A stretch of 63,986 bases of DNA, counting the filler, from Collodictyon triciliatum (taxonomy: Eukaryota): NCBI GenBank assembly GCA_043381765.1. It is 4 parts of 4 records of this genome, joined end to end, with 100 filler letters (N's around TTAATTAATTAA, not from the genome) between each part and the next. Parts side by side here need not be neighbours in the genome. Positions count along the whole stretch, not along the records: positions 1 to 16,184 come from JBHJMP010001571.1; positions 16,285 to 32,469 come from JBHJMP010001572.1; 2 more parts are not named here. One strand, written 5' to 3'. Positions 13,845 through 26,323 of this stretch are shown in pieces. A program made the position numbers and the translations under genes. Every line of letters begins with the position of its first letter. The stretch's first letter is position 1. Below the pieces are notes generated by a model. The model ran no database searches. It saw nothing but the letters and a program-made list of their open reading frames with translations, and was not told the DNA's origin.

Positions 13845-15375
13845 GAATGGTTTATGCATATCTCTTTCGGGTTTATTTTTTGAGAATCTTAGATATTTAA
13901 TCTTACGTAATTATCCATGCGACCGTCTTTTTGAATCCTTTGGGTTGTTAAGAATAGAAATAAAAATAAAAAGGTATATAAAAATAGATTATGAGTCCAT
14001 AAATTCAAATATGCTAAAATTGTTATAAAAAAGTAAATCAATTAGTCATCAAAACAACTTAGATGCCTTTTCACTTTCAAAAATCTTGCTGGATAGTCGG
14101 GCTCCCTTTCTGACGCAATTGCGATATGCCTGGGCACGATGCCTTTAAATGCAGAGAGCTTTGCGTCATTTCGTCCCCACGAGCTCTAATAAGGAAAAAA
14201 ATACGGTTCATATTGATCAATTTATTTGATGTTTGGTTGACAAGTATGGTTGAAATCTGGGATTTTCATGAAATACTGACTGGTGATGGAATGTCGAAAA
14301 AGCGGATTGATGAAAAATCATCTACATAACAGATCCTTACACTCCTGACATTTTCGTTTGACTATAAAGAGAACAAGAAAATATTTAAGTGAAAATACAG
14401 GCAAACCTAGTACCACGGTACATATAAAAGCAAATATATATTAAGAATTATAAACACAATGCAACATAACATAACATAACATAACACAATACAATACAAT
14501 ATATGCTAAACAAGATGAAGGGGCATAAAAAGTACTGTTGTTAATCCAGGTACAGCCACGACGCTTCTTGCCTTCCCGTCCAATTCGATTTGTATAAGAA
14601 TTTCAGATAGAGATGGCGTGAAAACGACTACATAGCTTCGAGTTGGGGTGTTACATACGACACCAAAAGCGTAGAACATCGAATCTGGCCAAAATATATC
14701 AACCACATCGACAATGCAGAGCTGCCATAGACAAATACAGGATTGATAATAAGGTTTACGCATGTTATTTATTCTAAACATTGCGATAAAGATGCGCATA
14801 ATTGAGGTACCAAATCATGTTTTTCGATAGCAAGAAAGATATATATATATAAAGAGGCAAATGAGCAATTCTACCTCTTCGTCTGCAATACAACATAGCT
14901 TCTTCTGGAGACCGATAGTCCCACTTTTAGTATTTACTACGTAGAATGTATTGTCCTAGAAAAAATAAAAGAATTCCTGTCTGTCAATTTTGAAACGGTA
15001 TTGAATTCCTCCATATAGGAAGAAATAAGGAGGAAAGGAAGAAAACTGAAGAACTCCGTCATGATAAATGAAGGGAAGGAAGTTTACGAGAAACAAAAAG
15101 AGAACAAAAAATATAAATATTTAAATAGGTATATAATGGAAAGCATAATCAAAGAAAAGAACGAATGATAGCGTCTTATTAACACAGAGATGAGGTCGCC
15201 TCGCAGGAGCGAGTGCTCTCTTCAATAAAAAATATAGAAGATGAACCTTGAAATTGAACAAGTACGAGCTGCTCTTTGACAAAGACGAGGAGAGTGCGGC
15301 GGAGTTTATTTCATCATCCGAAATCAGCGGTGACACGGGAAAATACTTTGGTGAAAACTCGACAATGTCCACCAT
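4994..15375 (-). CDS. ELYS: ELYS/AHCTF1/MEL-28-like nucleoporin, many exons
   Basis: N-terminal exons resemble the animal ELYS propeller (FYVVNTKSG; SYVVVFTPSLSEILIQIELDGKARSVVAV); central helical exon ITQFLWLLDHGRLD matches the ELYS FWL[IL]DH motif; long Ser/acidic disordered tail ending with AT-hook KRKRGRPKK. Not all internal exons resolved; 3' end approximate. Confidence 0.82.
13733..13842. repeat. (ATG)n(ATA)n compound microsatellite, intronic
   Basis: Directly visible; explains the spurious poly-Ile ORFs. Confidence 0.95.
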
Positions 15376-15451
15376 GGAAGGCCACAAAACGAATCTCTGT
15401 GGTGGGTGGGATTTCCTGCGGAACAAAATAATAGGTTAGATGCTGCTTCAA

Positions 15452-15590
15452 ATGAAAAGAATGAAAAGAAATCAAAATAAATCAAAATAAAATGGAATAA
15501 AGAAATGAAAAGAAATGAAAAGAAATGAAATGAAATGAAAAGAAATGAAAAGAAATGAAATGAAATGAAATGAAATGAAATGAAATGAAA
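15452..15590. repeat. (GAAAT/GAAAA)n pentanucleotide repeat
   Basis: Directly visible between ELYS start and the RT fragment. Confidence 0.9.
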
Positions 15591-15679
15591 AATTCAAAAA
15601 TTCAAAAATATTATTGTGGAAATTATATCAATTTAGTGTTTGGGTGATTGGCGCAGACCCGAAAACTCTAAGACGCGTA

Positions 15680-16184
15680 GAACCGACACCGGATATCATA
15701 AATGTATATTACACATCCCTACTCAGTCTAAATCGCAAAGCATCAGACTCTGACCGCCTACCTAGTGAAGCGTACGCCACCTTCTTCCAAGTCATCTAGG
15801 CATCCCTCCTGGGACTCCTAAACAGCCTGATTGCAGATGCAGACAACATCCTGGATGGCTTTACAGAAGCAATGGTGCGTCTAATCCCAAGGAAAGAGGA
15901 TGCAACTGACCTCAGAGACTGGCGCCCGATATGTCTGCTCAACAACGACTACAAGATATTTGCCACAATCCTAAGAAACCGAATCTCTGATATCGCCGAC
16001 AGGCTCATATCAAAGGGCAAATAGGATTCATGCGTGGCAGGAACATCGACACAAACATATGGCTCGTGAACAAGGAATACATGGGATATCAAGTCTCCAA
16101 AGACCCACGCATCATGATATTCTACGACCTTGAAAAAACATATGACTATGTGAACCATGAAGCCCTAGAAATCATCCTACAAAA
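15680..16184 (+). mobile_element. Degenerate non-LTR retrotransposon (L1/Tx1-like) reverse transcriptase fragment
   Basis: LIPRKEDATDLRDWRPICLLNNDYKIFATIL, GFMRGRNI, YDLEKTYDYVNH match RT subdomains 1-3; interrupted by a stop near 15797 and frameshifts; cut by scaffold end. Confidence 0.9.
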
Positions 16185-16284
16185 NNNNNNNNNNNNNNNN
16201 NNNNNNNNNNNNNNNNNNNNNNNNNNNNTTAATTAATTAANNNNNNNNNNNNNNNNNNNNNNNNNNNNNNNNNNNNNNNNNNNN
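16185..16284. other. Artificial scaffold linker N44-TTAATTAATTAA-N44
   Basis: Exactly 100 bp, six-frame-stop core, identical to the other two linkers. Confidence 0.97.
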
Positions 16285-16374
16285 TATGTATGTATGTATG
16301 TATGTATGTATGTATGTATGTATGTATGTATGTATGTATGTATGTATGTATGTATGTATGTATGTATGTATGTA
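16285..16374. repeat. (TATG)n microsatellite at scaffold start
   Basis: Directly visible. Confidence 0.95.
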
Positions 16375-16439
16375 TTTATTTATTTATTTTGAAGCATATC
16401 TGAGTATATCCACCTTTCATCGGTGTTTTCCTGAAATAG

Positions 16440-17099
16440 ACTCCAGGGAGGACAAATATCGGCCTCCGTCCCAGCACACATCTGCCTGATATGCAGAACT
16501 GACAACATGACTATGCCGCATACAACGGATTGCGGACATCTGTACTGTTATTACTGTATCCAGGTGACATGTTTGCGCCATTTAACCATCGACTCGTGAA
16601 TCCTCTTCGCACAGTTATTACAAAAATATGTAGCAGACAAAAGAAAAAGAAAAGAAAAAGAAAAGAAAAAGAAAAGAAAAGAAAAAGAAAAAGAAAAGAA
16701 ATACACACAAGAAATAAGAACTATGAGTTGCCACCATGGAATACTAATTCATAATATTATATCACACCTTCATTTATTGTCTTTCTTGATTTAGTCAAAC
16801 ATGATGGGAGACCCACGGTTCTCTTGTCCTAGATGTGGTCAGGTACTAGACTGAAGTTCTCCCGCTGCTGGGCGTACCAAAAGACATTTATTGTTCATTC
16901 TCCAACTATCCTATTTTCTTCTTCTTTTTTCCAATTCAATTATATTTCATCACAGTTTATCATTTTTCATCAAATTCCACGACGTTTGAATCGAGGTCAA
17001 GGAGCTTATTTATGTTGCTTTCAAGTACGCACGCACACGCGATTAATTCGCTTTTCCTCGTAGGCCATCCAATCAATCGAGCGCTATTTTCCGCAATAA
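16440..17099 (+). CDS. PEX2: Peroxin-2-like C3HC4 RING, last three exons (5' truncated)
   Basis: Spliced CLICRTDNMTMPHTTDCGHLYCYYCIQ|SNMMGDPRFSCPRCGQ|AIQSIERYFPQ*, matching the PEX2 C-terminal RING (TMPH..C.H..CY.C...F.CP.CG). Confidence 0.82.
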
Positions 17100-17519
17100 A
17101 TAAATGAACAAAAAAATTATCATCAAAATATCAGCAAACTTGTAAAGAAAGCCGGCGAGAAAAATAATACGACCACCGATTTATATTAATTGCTTAATCA
17201 AATAAAAGTTTATTTCCTTTTAAAACAACAATAAATAATACGCGACTTGAGATTTGGGCAAGTATATTTTCCACATCTGGAATGCACATAAAGCATCAAT
17301 GAACAAATAATCCACAAAAGGTATCAGAGCGCAGCTGGATCAGCTGGTAGATGCGTGAAAGGGAAAGAGAAAAAGAAAGAGAACAAACGAAGAGAACCTT
17401 GCGTGAGACTTTGTTATTTGCTCGTGCGGCATGGGAAACCTGCTCAGGCCGAGAAGCAGGTCGAAAGCGTTGAAGGCACACCGTCACAGGATATCATCTC
17501 TCATAGACTTAGACAGGAA

Positions 17520-17955
17520 NNNNNNNNNNNNNNNNNNNNNNNNNNNNNNNNNNNNNNNNNNNNNNNNNNNNNNNNNNNNNNNNNNNNNNNNNNNNNNNNN
17601 NNNNNNNNNNNNNNNNNNNNNNNNNNNNNNNNNNNNNNNNNNNNNNNNNNNNNNNNNNNNNNNNNNNNNNNNNNNNNNNNNNNNNNNNNNNNNNNNNNNN
17701 NNNNNNNNNNNNNNNNNNNNNNNNNNNNNNNNNNNNNNNNNNNNNNNNNNNNNNNNNNNNNNNNNNNNNNNNNNNNNNNNNNNNNNNNNNNNNNNNNNNN
17801 NNNNNNNNNNNNNNNNNNNNNNNNNNNNNNNNNNNNNNNNNNNNNNNNNNNNNNNNNNNNNNNNNNNNNNNNNNNNNNNNNNNNNNNNNNNNNNNNNNNN
17901 NNNNNNNNNNNNNNNNNNNNNNNNNNNNNNNNNNNNNNNNNNNNNNNNNNNNNNN
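17520..17955. other. Intra-scaffold assembly gap (436 N)
   Basis: N run without linker motif. Confidence 0.95.
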
Positions 17956-18006
<51 letters not shown>

Positions 18007-18017
18007 TCTCTTCTCTT

Positions 18018-18059
<42 letters not shown>

Positions 18060-18092
18060 TCGTCCTCTCTCTCTCACTCTCTCTCTCTCTTC
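17956..18092. repeat. (CT)n microsatellite
   Basis: Directly visible next to the gap. Confidence 0.95.
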
Positions 18093-18159
18093 TGTTTTCT
18101 TTTCTTTTCTCTCTTTTGTTTTTAAACGTGCTGAAACAGACGCTGTTGTTTCTCGGCAG

Positions 18160-21100
18160 ATCGCCGTGTCGAAGAGCAACCAGCCGAGCTGGCAGCCGAC
18201 CTTTTTTCTGGGTTGACCTTGAAGGTTGACTCTGAAGGCAAAAGTGACGAGCCTCAGCAAAGCATTGGACAGGAAAACGATTCGTAGCCTTTTCTTTTGC
18301 CATGATATGTGTAAAGAATTTTTGTTTGAAATGTCCATTTATTCGGGATATTTTAGTTTTTCTGATTATATCTTTCAATTTATTTTTTTTTGTCAAAGCG
18401 CTCAAGACTCGAATACTCAGACATCTGCATTTTCTTTTATGAATGCCGCATCTAACAATGGTATTACATATATGGCTTGCTCAATAATTATGAACTCATT
18501 TAATATCTATATATCTCTTTTCTTGCAAGTGGATGCGATATTTTCTTCTCTATTCGATTCAAAGGAAGGTTGATGTGATCTTAAATAGAGAGGACTATGG
18601 AATGATTTCATATTATGTAATAAACACGATGTTAGGAGGGATTCCCGATGCCAATGCGGATGCACCTTCATCCTTCTCTTTCATTACAAACGACACTCCA
18701 GTGGATGAAGCTGATACTCCAGCTATGTCTTCATTCTCCTTCATGAACTCTGAACCGCTGCAATCTGCATCGCAAGTCCAAAGCGATGGTTAGGAAACAA
18801 TGATGTTGATATTCGTTTCACCTGCATTGAGTCAGAAATGCAATATCTGAAGCACATTTTGAGAATAATCTTTTCATAGAAACAACTGATGGGCAAACTG
18901 AAAACTCTGTTTTTGATTTCCTAAATGCTGCTGTGTCAAGCGAACCAAGAGCTGATATCGTATCCTCAACAAATTCTGTTCCAACACCTTCAAAACCATC
19001 ATCAAATACAGCAACCGAGAGTCTATCGTCATCATCCCAGATTGTCAAAGCTGCCGGGAGAAACAGTAATATCGCAACTTTTTTTTTTCTACTTTCGTGA
19101 ATTCATTACCCATTATATATGACCACAATTTTTCTCCCTCTGAAGGACCGGCTGCGGTGAGGAAAACCCGGTCTGGAGTTATTCGTCCGGGATATGCCCG
19201 CGAGGTGGAGGTAAGCAATACGAAAAATTCATGAAAATAATTAGTATACCAGCACTCCATCTATGAATATATCATTGTAATATTATCAACATTTTTATTT
19301 TAAATACTTTTTTTCAACGGGGTTGAAATTATAAAGTACTTAATACCCAGTGACTAAGGATGACTGAAGTCATTTAGTCTATCAATCCTATTTAAACCAT
19401 ATCCTTCGGCAGAGTCCACAACCTGAGTCCAAACCAGGCGACCACCAGCAGCAACAATCTACCGCATCGAGGCGATCTTCAAGTAGTCTTTTAATTATCG
19501 TAATATATTGTGAATGCTACTGGCCCTTTATTCACTTTTTCTCTTTCACATTAATTGTTTTTATATTATACCTTTTTTTTCTTCCTTTTCTTCCTTTCCG
19601 TTTGTGCAATTATAATTCTGTTACAAATTAAAGTTAATTAACCAGGAACTCCATCGGAAGTCAACTCAGAGCTGCACTCTGAAACTCAAAACGAACACTC
19701 TGGTCAGTCTCACTCCTCTCAAAATACCACAGCCCCGTCGAGTACACTAGGCACATCAAATGGTGCAAGTTCTGTAAATACGGGACACACAGTGAGAGCT
19801 GGAACTGATAATCATGCTGAAAACGGTATTACATGTTCATTTATATTTGTAATTATTACAAAAAATAGAAAACTAAATCACTTAATTTATTCTTCCTTAA
19901 TCATCTCCACAATTATTATTATTTTTTTTTGCATAATTTTAAATGATTGTCAGTTTTTTTTCCTTTTTGCCGCATAAAAGAAAAATAGCAGTAGAAGCTT
20001 TACCCATATATTATACAAATGTATTACTTTTGGTTTCAGCCGAGCAAATCACTTTACTAATGGCAATTTATGACCCAATATAAATGTCACAGAGGAAAGT
20101 CAAACACCAGCACAAAATGTGGCGGACTCTTCCTGGAGAGATTTAAATGATTCGACAGCTGCTGAACCGCCTTCAAGTTACCATATATCAGATGAAACTT
20201 CATCTGTTATTGCCCCATCAATGACCGAGACAGATAACCCTTCTCACACATACAACCCTCCCGTTTCCAGTGAAGCGGCAGACCAAGAGACAGTAGTCAA
20301 TTTCTATTCCCGACTTGACTCTCATGTGTTTATTCTTCATATAAAATTTTATGTATATTTTTTTTATTATTCTCATTCTTATTATTTGTTTAAAAATGAC
20401 GCATATATTATGCGAATTGAAACTACATATTATTGACTGTTTATCATTCTATCCAGGCTGATAGCCTCGCTCACTACTCCAGAACATCGAGTTTCTCATC
20501 AGGGGGCAAGTCTCTCGAATCAGATAAGAATGAATTACCGAAGCACTTTGACGACTCCACAATCACAGGACAATCTCCACAAAGTACAGTCGCAGAGCGC
20601 ATCACATCTAATGAAGACCCCTCGAATCAGTCAGTTGACTATGCAGACCCACTCCAGCCACCTCCAATTCCTGCGAATGTGTCAAACACTCAACCTGTCA
20701 CAGGTTTAGAGAAATCATCGCCAACAAATAATACCACTACATCTACTCCTGCTTCTCCTGTGGTGGCAGAAACGAAGCCTGTGATAGGTTTGAGCATCAC
20801 ATACAAGCACCTTGACTTATGTGGTGCATTTTTTTTTCTTAAGAGCTGTTTTCTGAGATACTACTGCCCATTATTCTCTTGATCGTATCAATACCAATAA
20901 ATGTGATGTCAATTTTAACCATGAATATTTTACACTAGACGAAAAACTGTTGATAGATGAAAAGATAAAGGCTATTCAAGAGAAAAGGGATATCCAGTTG
21001 GTAGAGTTAAAGAGAAAAGTTACAGACTATACCCAACGAATTTCGCAATTGGTCAAGAAGCGCTGCGAATCTCATATTCAGAAAGAAAAGGTATTCCGAA

Positions 21101-22576
21101 ATAGAATTATAGCTGGTGTCAAGAAAATTCAACCTATTTTACTCCTGTGCGTCAAGAAACAAACAATTCAATATGGACACTATTGTTTTACTTTTATTTT
21201 TTTTTAAAAAAAAAGTTATAATTAGTACTCTTTTTAAAGTTACAAAAAGATATCTGCGACGCGGAGAGTCAGCAAATAGAAGCATCTGAAAAGGAAGATT
21301 TCGAAAAAGCAGACCAGCTCGGCGAACTCATGATAAGTCTGCGCCAGAAACTTCAGTATGATCAAAATTCAACTCCTTTCATATTGAATTTTTTTCCAAC
21401 TGACATTATTGCACCGGTCATTCAATTGTATTATAGATAAAGCGGTATTTTTCTTCTAATATTCTCTGCTTAAATGTACCAGTGATTTGATTCCAAAGGA
21501 ATCCGTGCTTCTTGCTGAGGAAGAGAACCTAATAGCATCATTGGTACTAGAAGAAAAAAGCATTAATGTCGTCTACCAGCGGAGTGCCTTGGAGGTTAAG
21601 CAGCTTTTGGTATGCTGAATTATGTCTACAAAGTTTAATTATGATCAACAAACAAAAAGAAAAAGAAGAGGATAATATGCGATGAAATTCCAACAAAATC
21701 GTTCGGGGAAGAAAAGAATAAAATCACGGAATAGAATGATTCCTGATCTAACTGAGCTCAAATATAAAATCATCTAGGAACTGAAAGGCATATTGATTCA
21801 GAAAGAGAGTGCAGAAGCTCGAATTAAGACATCTCAGGAAGAATACAAACTGCAGCAAGATATGGATCGTATTAACAGTGAGCGAAGGTATCTTACTGTT
21901 TCTCTATATCGTGGCGATTGCCATNNNNNNNNNNNNNNNNNNNNNNNNNNNNNNNNNNNNNNNNNNNNNNNNNNNNNNNNNNNNNNNNNNNNNNNNNNNN
22001 NNNNNNNNNNNNNNNNNNNNNNNNNNNNNNNNNNNNNNNNNNNNNNNNNNNNNNNNNNNNNNNNNNNNNNNNNNNNNNNNNNNNNNNNNNNNNNNNNNNN
22101 NNNNNNNNNNNNNNNNNNNNNNNNNNNNNNNNNNNNNNNNNNNNNNNNNNNNNNNNNNNNNNNNNNNNNNNNNNNNNNNNNNNNNNNNNNNNNNNNNNNN
22201 NNNNNNNNNNNNNNNNNNNNNNNNNNNNNNNNNNNNNNNNNNNNNNNNNNNNNNNNNNNNNNNNNNNNNNNNNNNNNNNNNNNNNNNNNNNNNNNNNNNN
22301 NNNNNNNNNNNNNNNNNNNNNNNNNNNNNNNNNNNNNNNNNNNNNNNNNNNNNNNNNNNNNNNNNNNNNNNNNNNNNNNNNNNNNNNNNNNNNNNNNNNN
22401 NNNNNNNNNNNNNNNNNNNNNNNNNNNNNNNNNNNNNNNNNNNNNNNNNNNNNNNNNNNNNNNNNNNNNNNNAATCGCAAGCATTCTTCGTCTGCTGTTT
22501 TCTTTTCACTTTTCATATTTCCTTTTTTTTTTTTTTTAGAACCTTAGATCCCTTTATTAAACGGAAAACCAGATGA
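18160..22576 (+). CDS. Disordered + coiled-coil protein with UVR-like motif and candidate AP-4 ear-binding motifs (first exon missing; 3' end spans a gap)
   Basis: Phase-compatible exons give DLFSGLTL, SAFSFMN, SSFSFIT, SSFSFMN, SVFDFLN, RKTRSGVIRPGYARE, then coiled coil with ASEKEDFEKADQL (UVR-like). Last exon after the gap is tentative. Confidence 0.75.
21925..22472. other. Intra-scaffold assembly gap (548 N)
   Basis: N run without linker motif. Confidence 0.95.
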
Positions 22577-23062
22577 GCCGAGGCTCAAAGAATCGCTCCT
22601 CCATTCGTAATTACAAGGTTAGTTATTTTCTGCAAGAAATCATTTTATAATACTTGACAACAACAGAAAAACAACTGTGTATGCATCAACCAACCATCAA
22701 ATGAATCGCTCAAATCTCTCATGTTCCAAATAATTGACTTCAATTTTTCTTCAATCACACACATTTTTTTCTATCTGGAATAATCGGAATAATGATCCCG
22801 TAATATACAGCAATATATTGTTCACAAGGAGAGACAGACGGGTACATTTGAGAACAATATGTAATTTTTGCGTTTTTTCTCCTGTTGAAATTATTGCTGC
22901 CTTTCGTTGGTTGTGAACCGCCGTCATACAAGCGCATTCTGTAGCTTTTCACCACCTTCGCCGAAAGCATCACCATCTGCTTTATTTCAAGCACTCTTCA
23001 AACCTGGAAGCAAATCCATTGCAGGAAATGAAGTTGATGACTTGGATGAGCATCATGAATCG

Positions 23063-24594
23063 ATGGCCAAGGAAGCAGACGGCGCGGAAAGGGAAGCTGA
23101 CTACAACGACAGTTCATCTTTCAGTTTAAGCAGCGAATACTCATCCGCAACAAAAATAGAGCTCCAATCAGAAAACCAACAAATTTTCTGCTCTCAAGAG
23201 AGAAGCGAAGTGCTATCAGAATTGCCATCATCTTCATCGTCTTCATATTCTTCATGCGCCTCAATTTCAGCAACTTTTTCGACACAACAAAATTCGGATG
23301 GTGGTGATGATGATGATGAAAAAAGCCACGGGACGCTGAATCCTCTGTTACTGCACAAACATGAAGAAGTTCGAGTGAATTCACCTCTATATATGACGGT
23401 TGTGTGGACTGAATTCGAGCAGAAGCAACTGGACACTGCCATTAATAGGTTTTTCTTCAAAAAACAACATACATATAATAGATATATATTCCCTTGTGAT
23501 AATTATTCTGAAAATTTTAAATATATTAGATTAATTTCTTAATTACAGATATCGCGCCGGGACACACACCCCACTTTTGACATACTTGAAAATTGCATCC
23601 ACACTACCTGGTAAATCGGTGAGGGATGTCGCACTTCGGATTCAATATATGAAAGCACTTCATGTAAGTCCATTTCTTAGCTGTTGTTTTTATGTAATTT
23701 TTTTTATCCCTTCATAATTTACTGAATAAATCGAAATGAAATTCAATAAATGGCTGAAGTTAAGTCTCGTCTAGAAGCAAAAAAAGAGAAAGGACAGACA
23801 CGCCTCGAGACAAGCAGTATGCTAGCATTCCTCATATATTTTAATCTTTTTTTATATTCAACAACAGTTTTGGTATTAAAACAACAAGAACTGCATTAGG
23901 TCAAATCATTGCGCAAGATTATCACTACAAAGGGCACAGGAAATAAGAACGCCATCCATGACGAAACGGTACGTTGGTTGATAACTGAATAATGAATTTT
24001 AAAGAAATATTGAATTAAATGAGGGCACATACGTCAACGATGGTGAAAACCAAAAAATTTTTTTTAAAAGAAGCATAATATTCCACGGATTAAAAGGAAA
24101 TGTAAAAACTATCACGGTGAAAATTGAATTATCTTTCTAGGATGCGAGTGAACAAGGAATTGTAGATAATGTAAATTGTCTCTTTCCAGACCCAATACGA
24201 AAATATGAGCACACCAAAAAAAGTGATTTGGCTGAAACGATGCGAACCGCAAATAAATTAATGGCGGATAATGAGTGCATTCTTCAGGAAATCGCATTTT
24301 TGCAATCCAAGGAAGACAGCTTGGCTGATATAATCGAACTCATGTCCAAGTTTAAAGGAAATATCGTCGATATTGATAAATTGTAAGAACAGCAAAGTTT
24401 TTTTCCACTTTGATACAACTTTTTTTTGGATAAGCAATATTTTTCGTCCAATATTCATTCTGAACGACTCTAAAATGCGATTTAGATTATCCCAGATTTG
24501 CGACATTCCGATGCCACCGCTGCCAGCAATAGCAGATTTTGAACTTCCATCCCATTTGGCTGGCACGATGCGAATCCACACAAGCCTCATATGA
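23063..24594 (+). CDS. Myb/SANT-like + DUF3755-family protein
   Basis: WTEFEQKQLDTAINR|Y...YLKIASTLPGKSVRDVALRIQYM and C-terminal LMADNECILQEI...MPPLP match this family's pattern. Start uncertain (possible acceptor at 23025). Confidence 0.8.
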
Positions 24595-25189
24595 CGATGT
24601 GTGTGGATTACCCGAAAGGAATCAAGGACTTTATCAATTATGATTGTATTTTCGGGGCTTCAAGCTCGGGCATAACTTATTTACTCGGCTTCAAATAATT
24701 ACAGAAAATATTGAGGATACGCATCATGTTATGGATGGTATTGTGTTAATTTTTTTTGTTAATTGTTAAATTGAACTTGATAAAAAGCACGTGGAGTAAT
24801 AAATTACCATATCTATCTTGTGGGAAACAGAGCCCATGTTACACCGGCCAAACCTAGATATCTTCACCATCACCACACACAACCCGAAAATAAGAAAAAG
24901 AAAAAGAAAAAAAGATGGAGATATCGAAACAGAAAGATAAAAGAGGAAAGAAAAAAGAAAAAAGAATAAAGAAAAAAGAAAAAAGATGAATAAAAGATAT
25001 CGAAATAGATACAAGATAAAAGAGGAAACACCGACCGAATACGCGAACACGTTTCAACCAAACGCGGAAATTAAAATTGCAGACACAATCTCGAAAACCC
25101 CGCGATCGCAGGCAGGCAGCAGAAAAGCAGGCGAGGGCAACAGGAAAGCAAAAGACAAAGCACAAACCCAGGAAGAAGAAGCCGAGAAA

Positions 25190-26090
25190 ATGCGGTCCCG
25201 CATCGACAAAATGGCCGACTATCTGGACAGCCTCGACCAGCCTGCGACGGAAGAGGCGCGTCTCGAGCGCTTGAAGAAGGAGAAGCAGAAAAAAAAGTAC
25301 GACAAAATCCAGCAGGACTTGACTGCGCTCTGCCTCGTTCTCTTGGCCGGGGCGGTGATTTACTACACAGACTTTTTCCACAAGATTCTGTACAGCCCAA
25401 AAGTCAACACGTATGCTTTTATTCCCCAGGCCTTCTTTTCTCTTTCTTTTCTTTGCATCATCCACAAAAAGCGCCTTTCGTCAGCATCTTCTATGTCTCT
25501 GCAAAAGACATCGCTGATTCCTTTTATCGCAGTCCCCGTAGTGTTTACTTGTTCCTTTTTTTTATATATATTTTTCCTCAGAGAATACAAAAGAATATAA
25601 CACGTTGTAAACCCGTCAGAAAACACAAAGGTCTCCTTTCCCTGCCATTCTATTCGCAGTCACAACTCCCCCCAACTTATCCACCCGTCTGTCCACACAC
25701 ACTTACACATACACACAGAACATTCTTTTATCTCGGCATCACCCTCAGCTTTGTGGGTGTATCGCTCTGTGGGTATCTGATTGTGGATCTGGGCTACATC
25801 AAAAAGGCCAAGGACTGGAACGAAGAGAAGCCGACCGAAATCATGGTCGCAACCTTCTCCTTTGTCTCGTCGTACTTTGTGTGAGTGCGCCCATTCCCAA
25901 ATGCTCGTGGCAGATTGCAGTCTGCTGAGCGCGGACCAAGACACATGCTTGTTTGTCAGCTGACTTGTCTGCATCTCTCTTGCGCAGGTATGCCATTGCC
26001 TTCTGGCCAATCTGGGGACTCTGGACACCCGCCATTCTGCTTGTTCTTTCGGTGGGCCTCTTCCTTATCCTGATCCGCGTGCCACTCTAA
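25190..26090 (+). CDS. TMEM128: TMEM128-like four-TM membrane protein, 3 exons
   Basis: AVIYYTDFF, CGYLIVDL, AIAFWPIWGLWTPAILLV pattern; four hydrophobic segments; GT-AG introns in phase. Confidence 0.8.
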
Positions 26091-26323
26091 GAAAGCAGCG
26101 GCCCTCCATCCCCCTTTTTGTTTCTGGCGTGTGCGCGTGTGTGCGAGGATGTGGCTCTGGTTGTCTGCTTGCACAAAGACACGCGAATAAACGCAACCTT
26201 TGTGATTTAATTAACGCGCATGCCTTCTGAGGCAACAGAGCAGGCCGATGGGCGGAGGCGTTCTTATCTCCTGCAGTCTGCCGATAAGGCTCGGCCCTAT
26301 GATTGTTTCTCACGCATGGAGCT

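Noticed and set aside
13677-14028. Poly-Ile, poly-Lys, KE, QR, NKQT, poly-Asn and similar ORFs across the window
   Set aside because: Translations of intronic microsatellites.
16229-16240. TTAATTAATTAA palindrome repeated at ~16.3-kb intervals
   Set aside because: Always embedded in N44 flanks; assembly linker, not biology.
17355-18405. Long ORFs spanning N runs (also 21793-22576)
   Set aside because: Length is an artefact of translating N.
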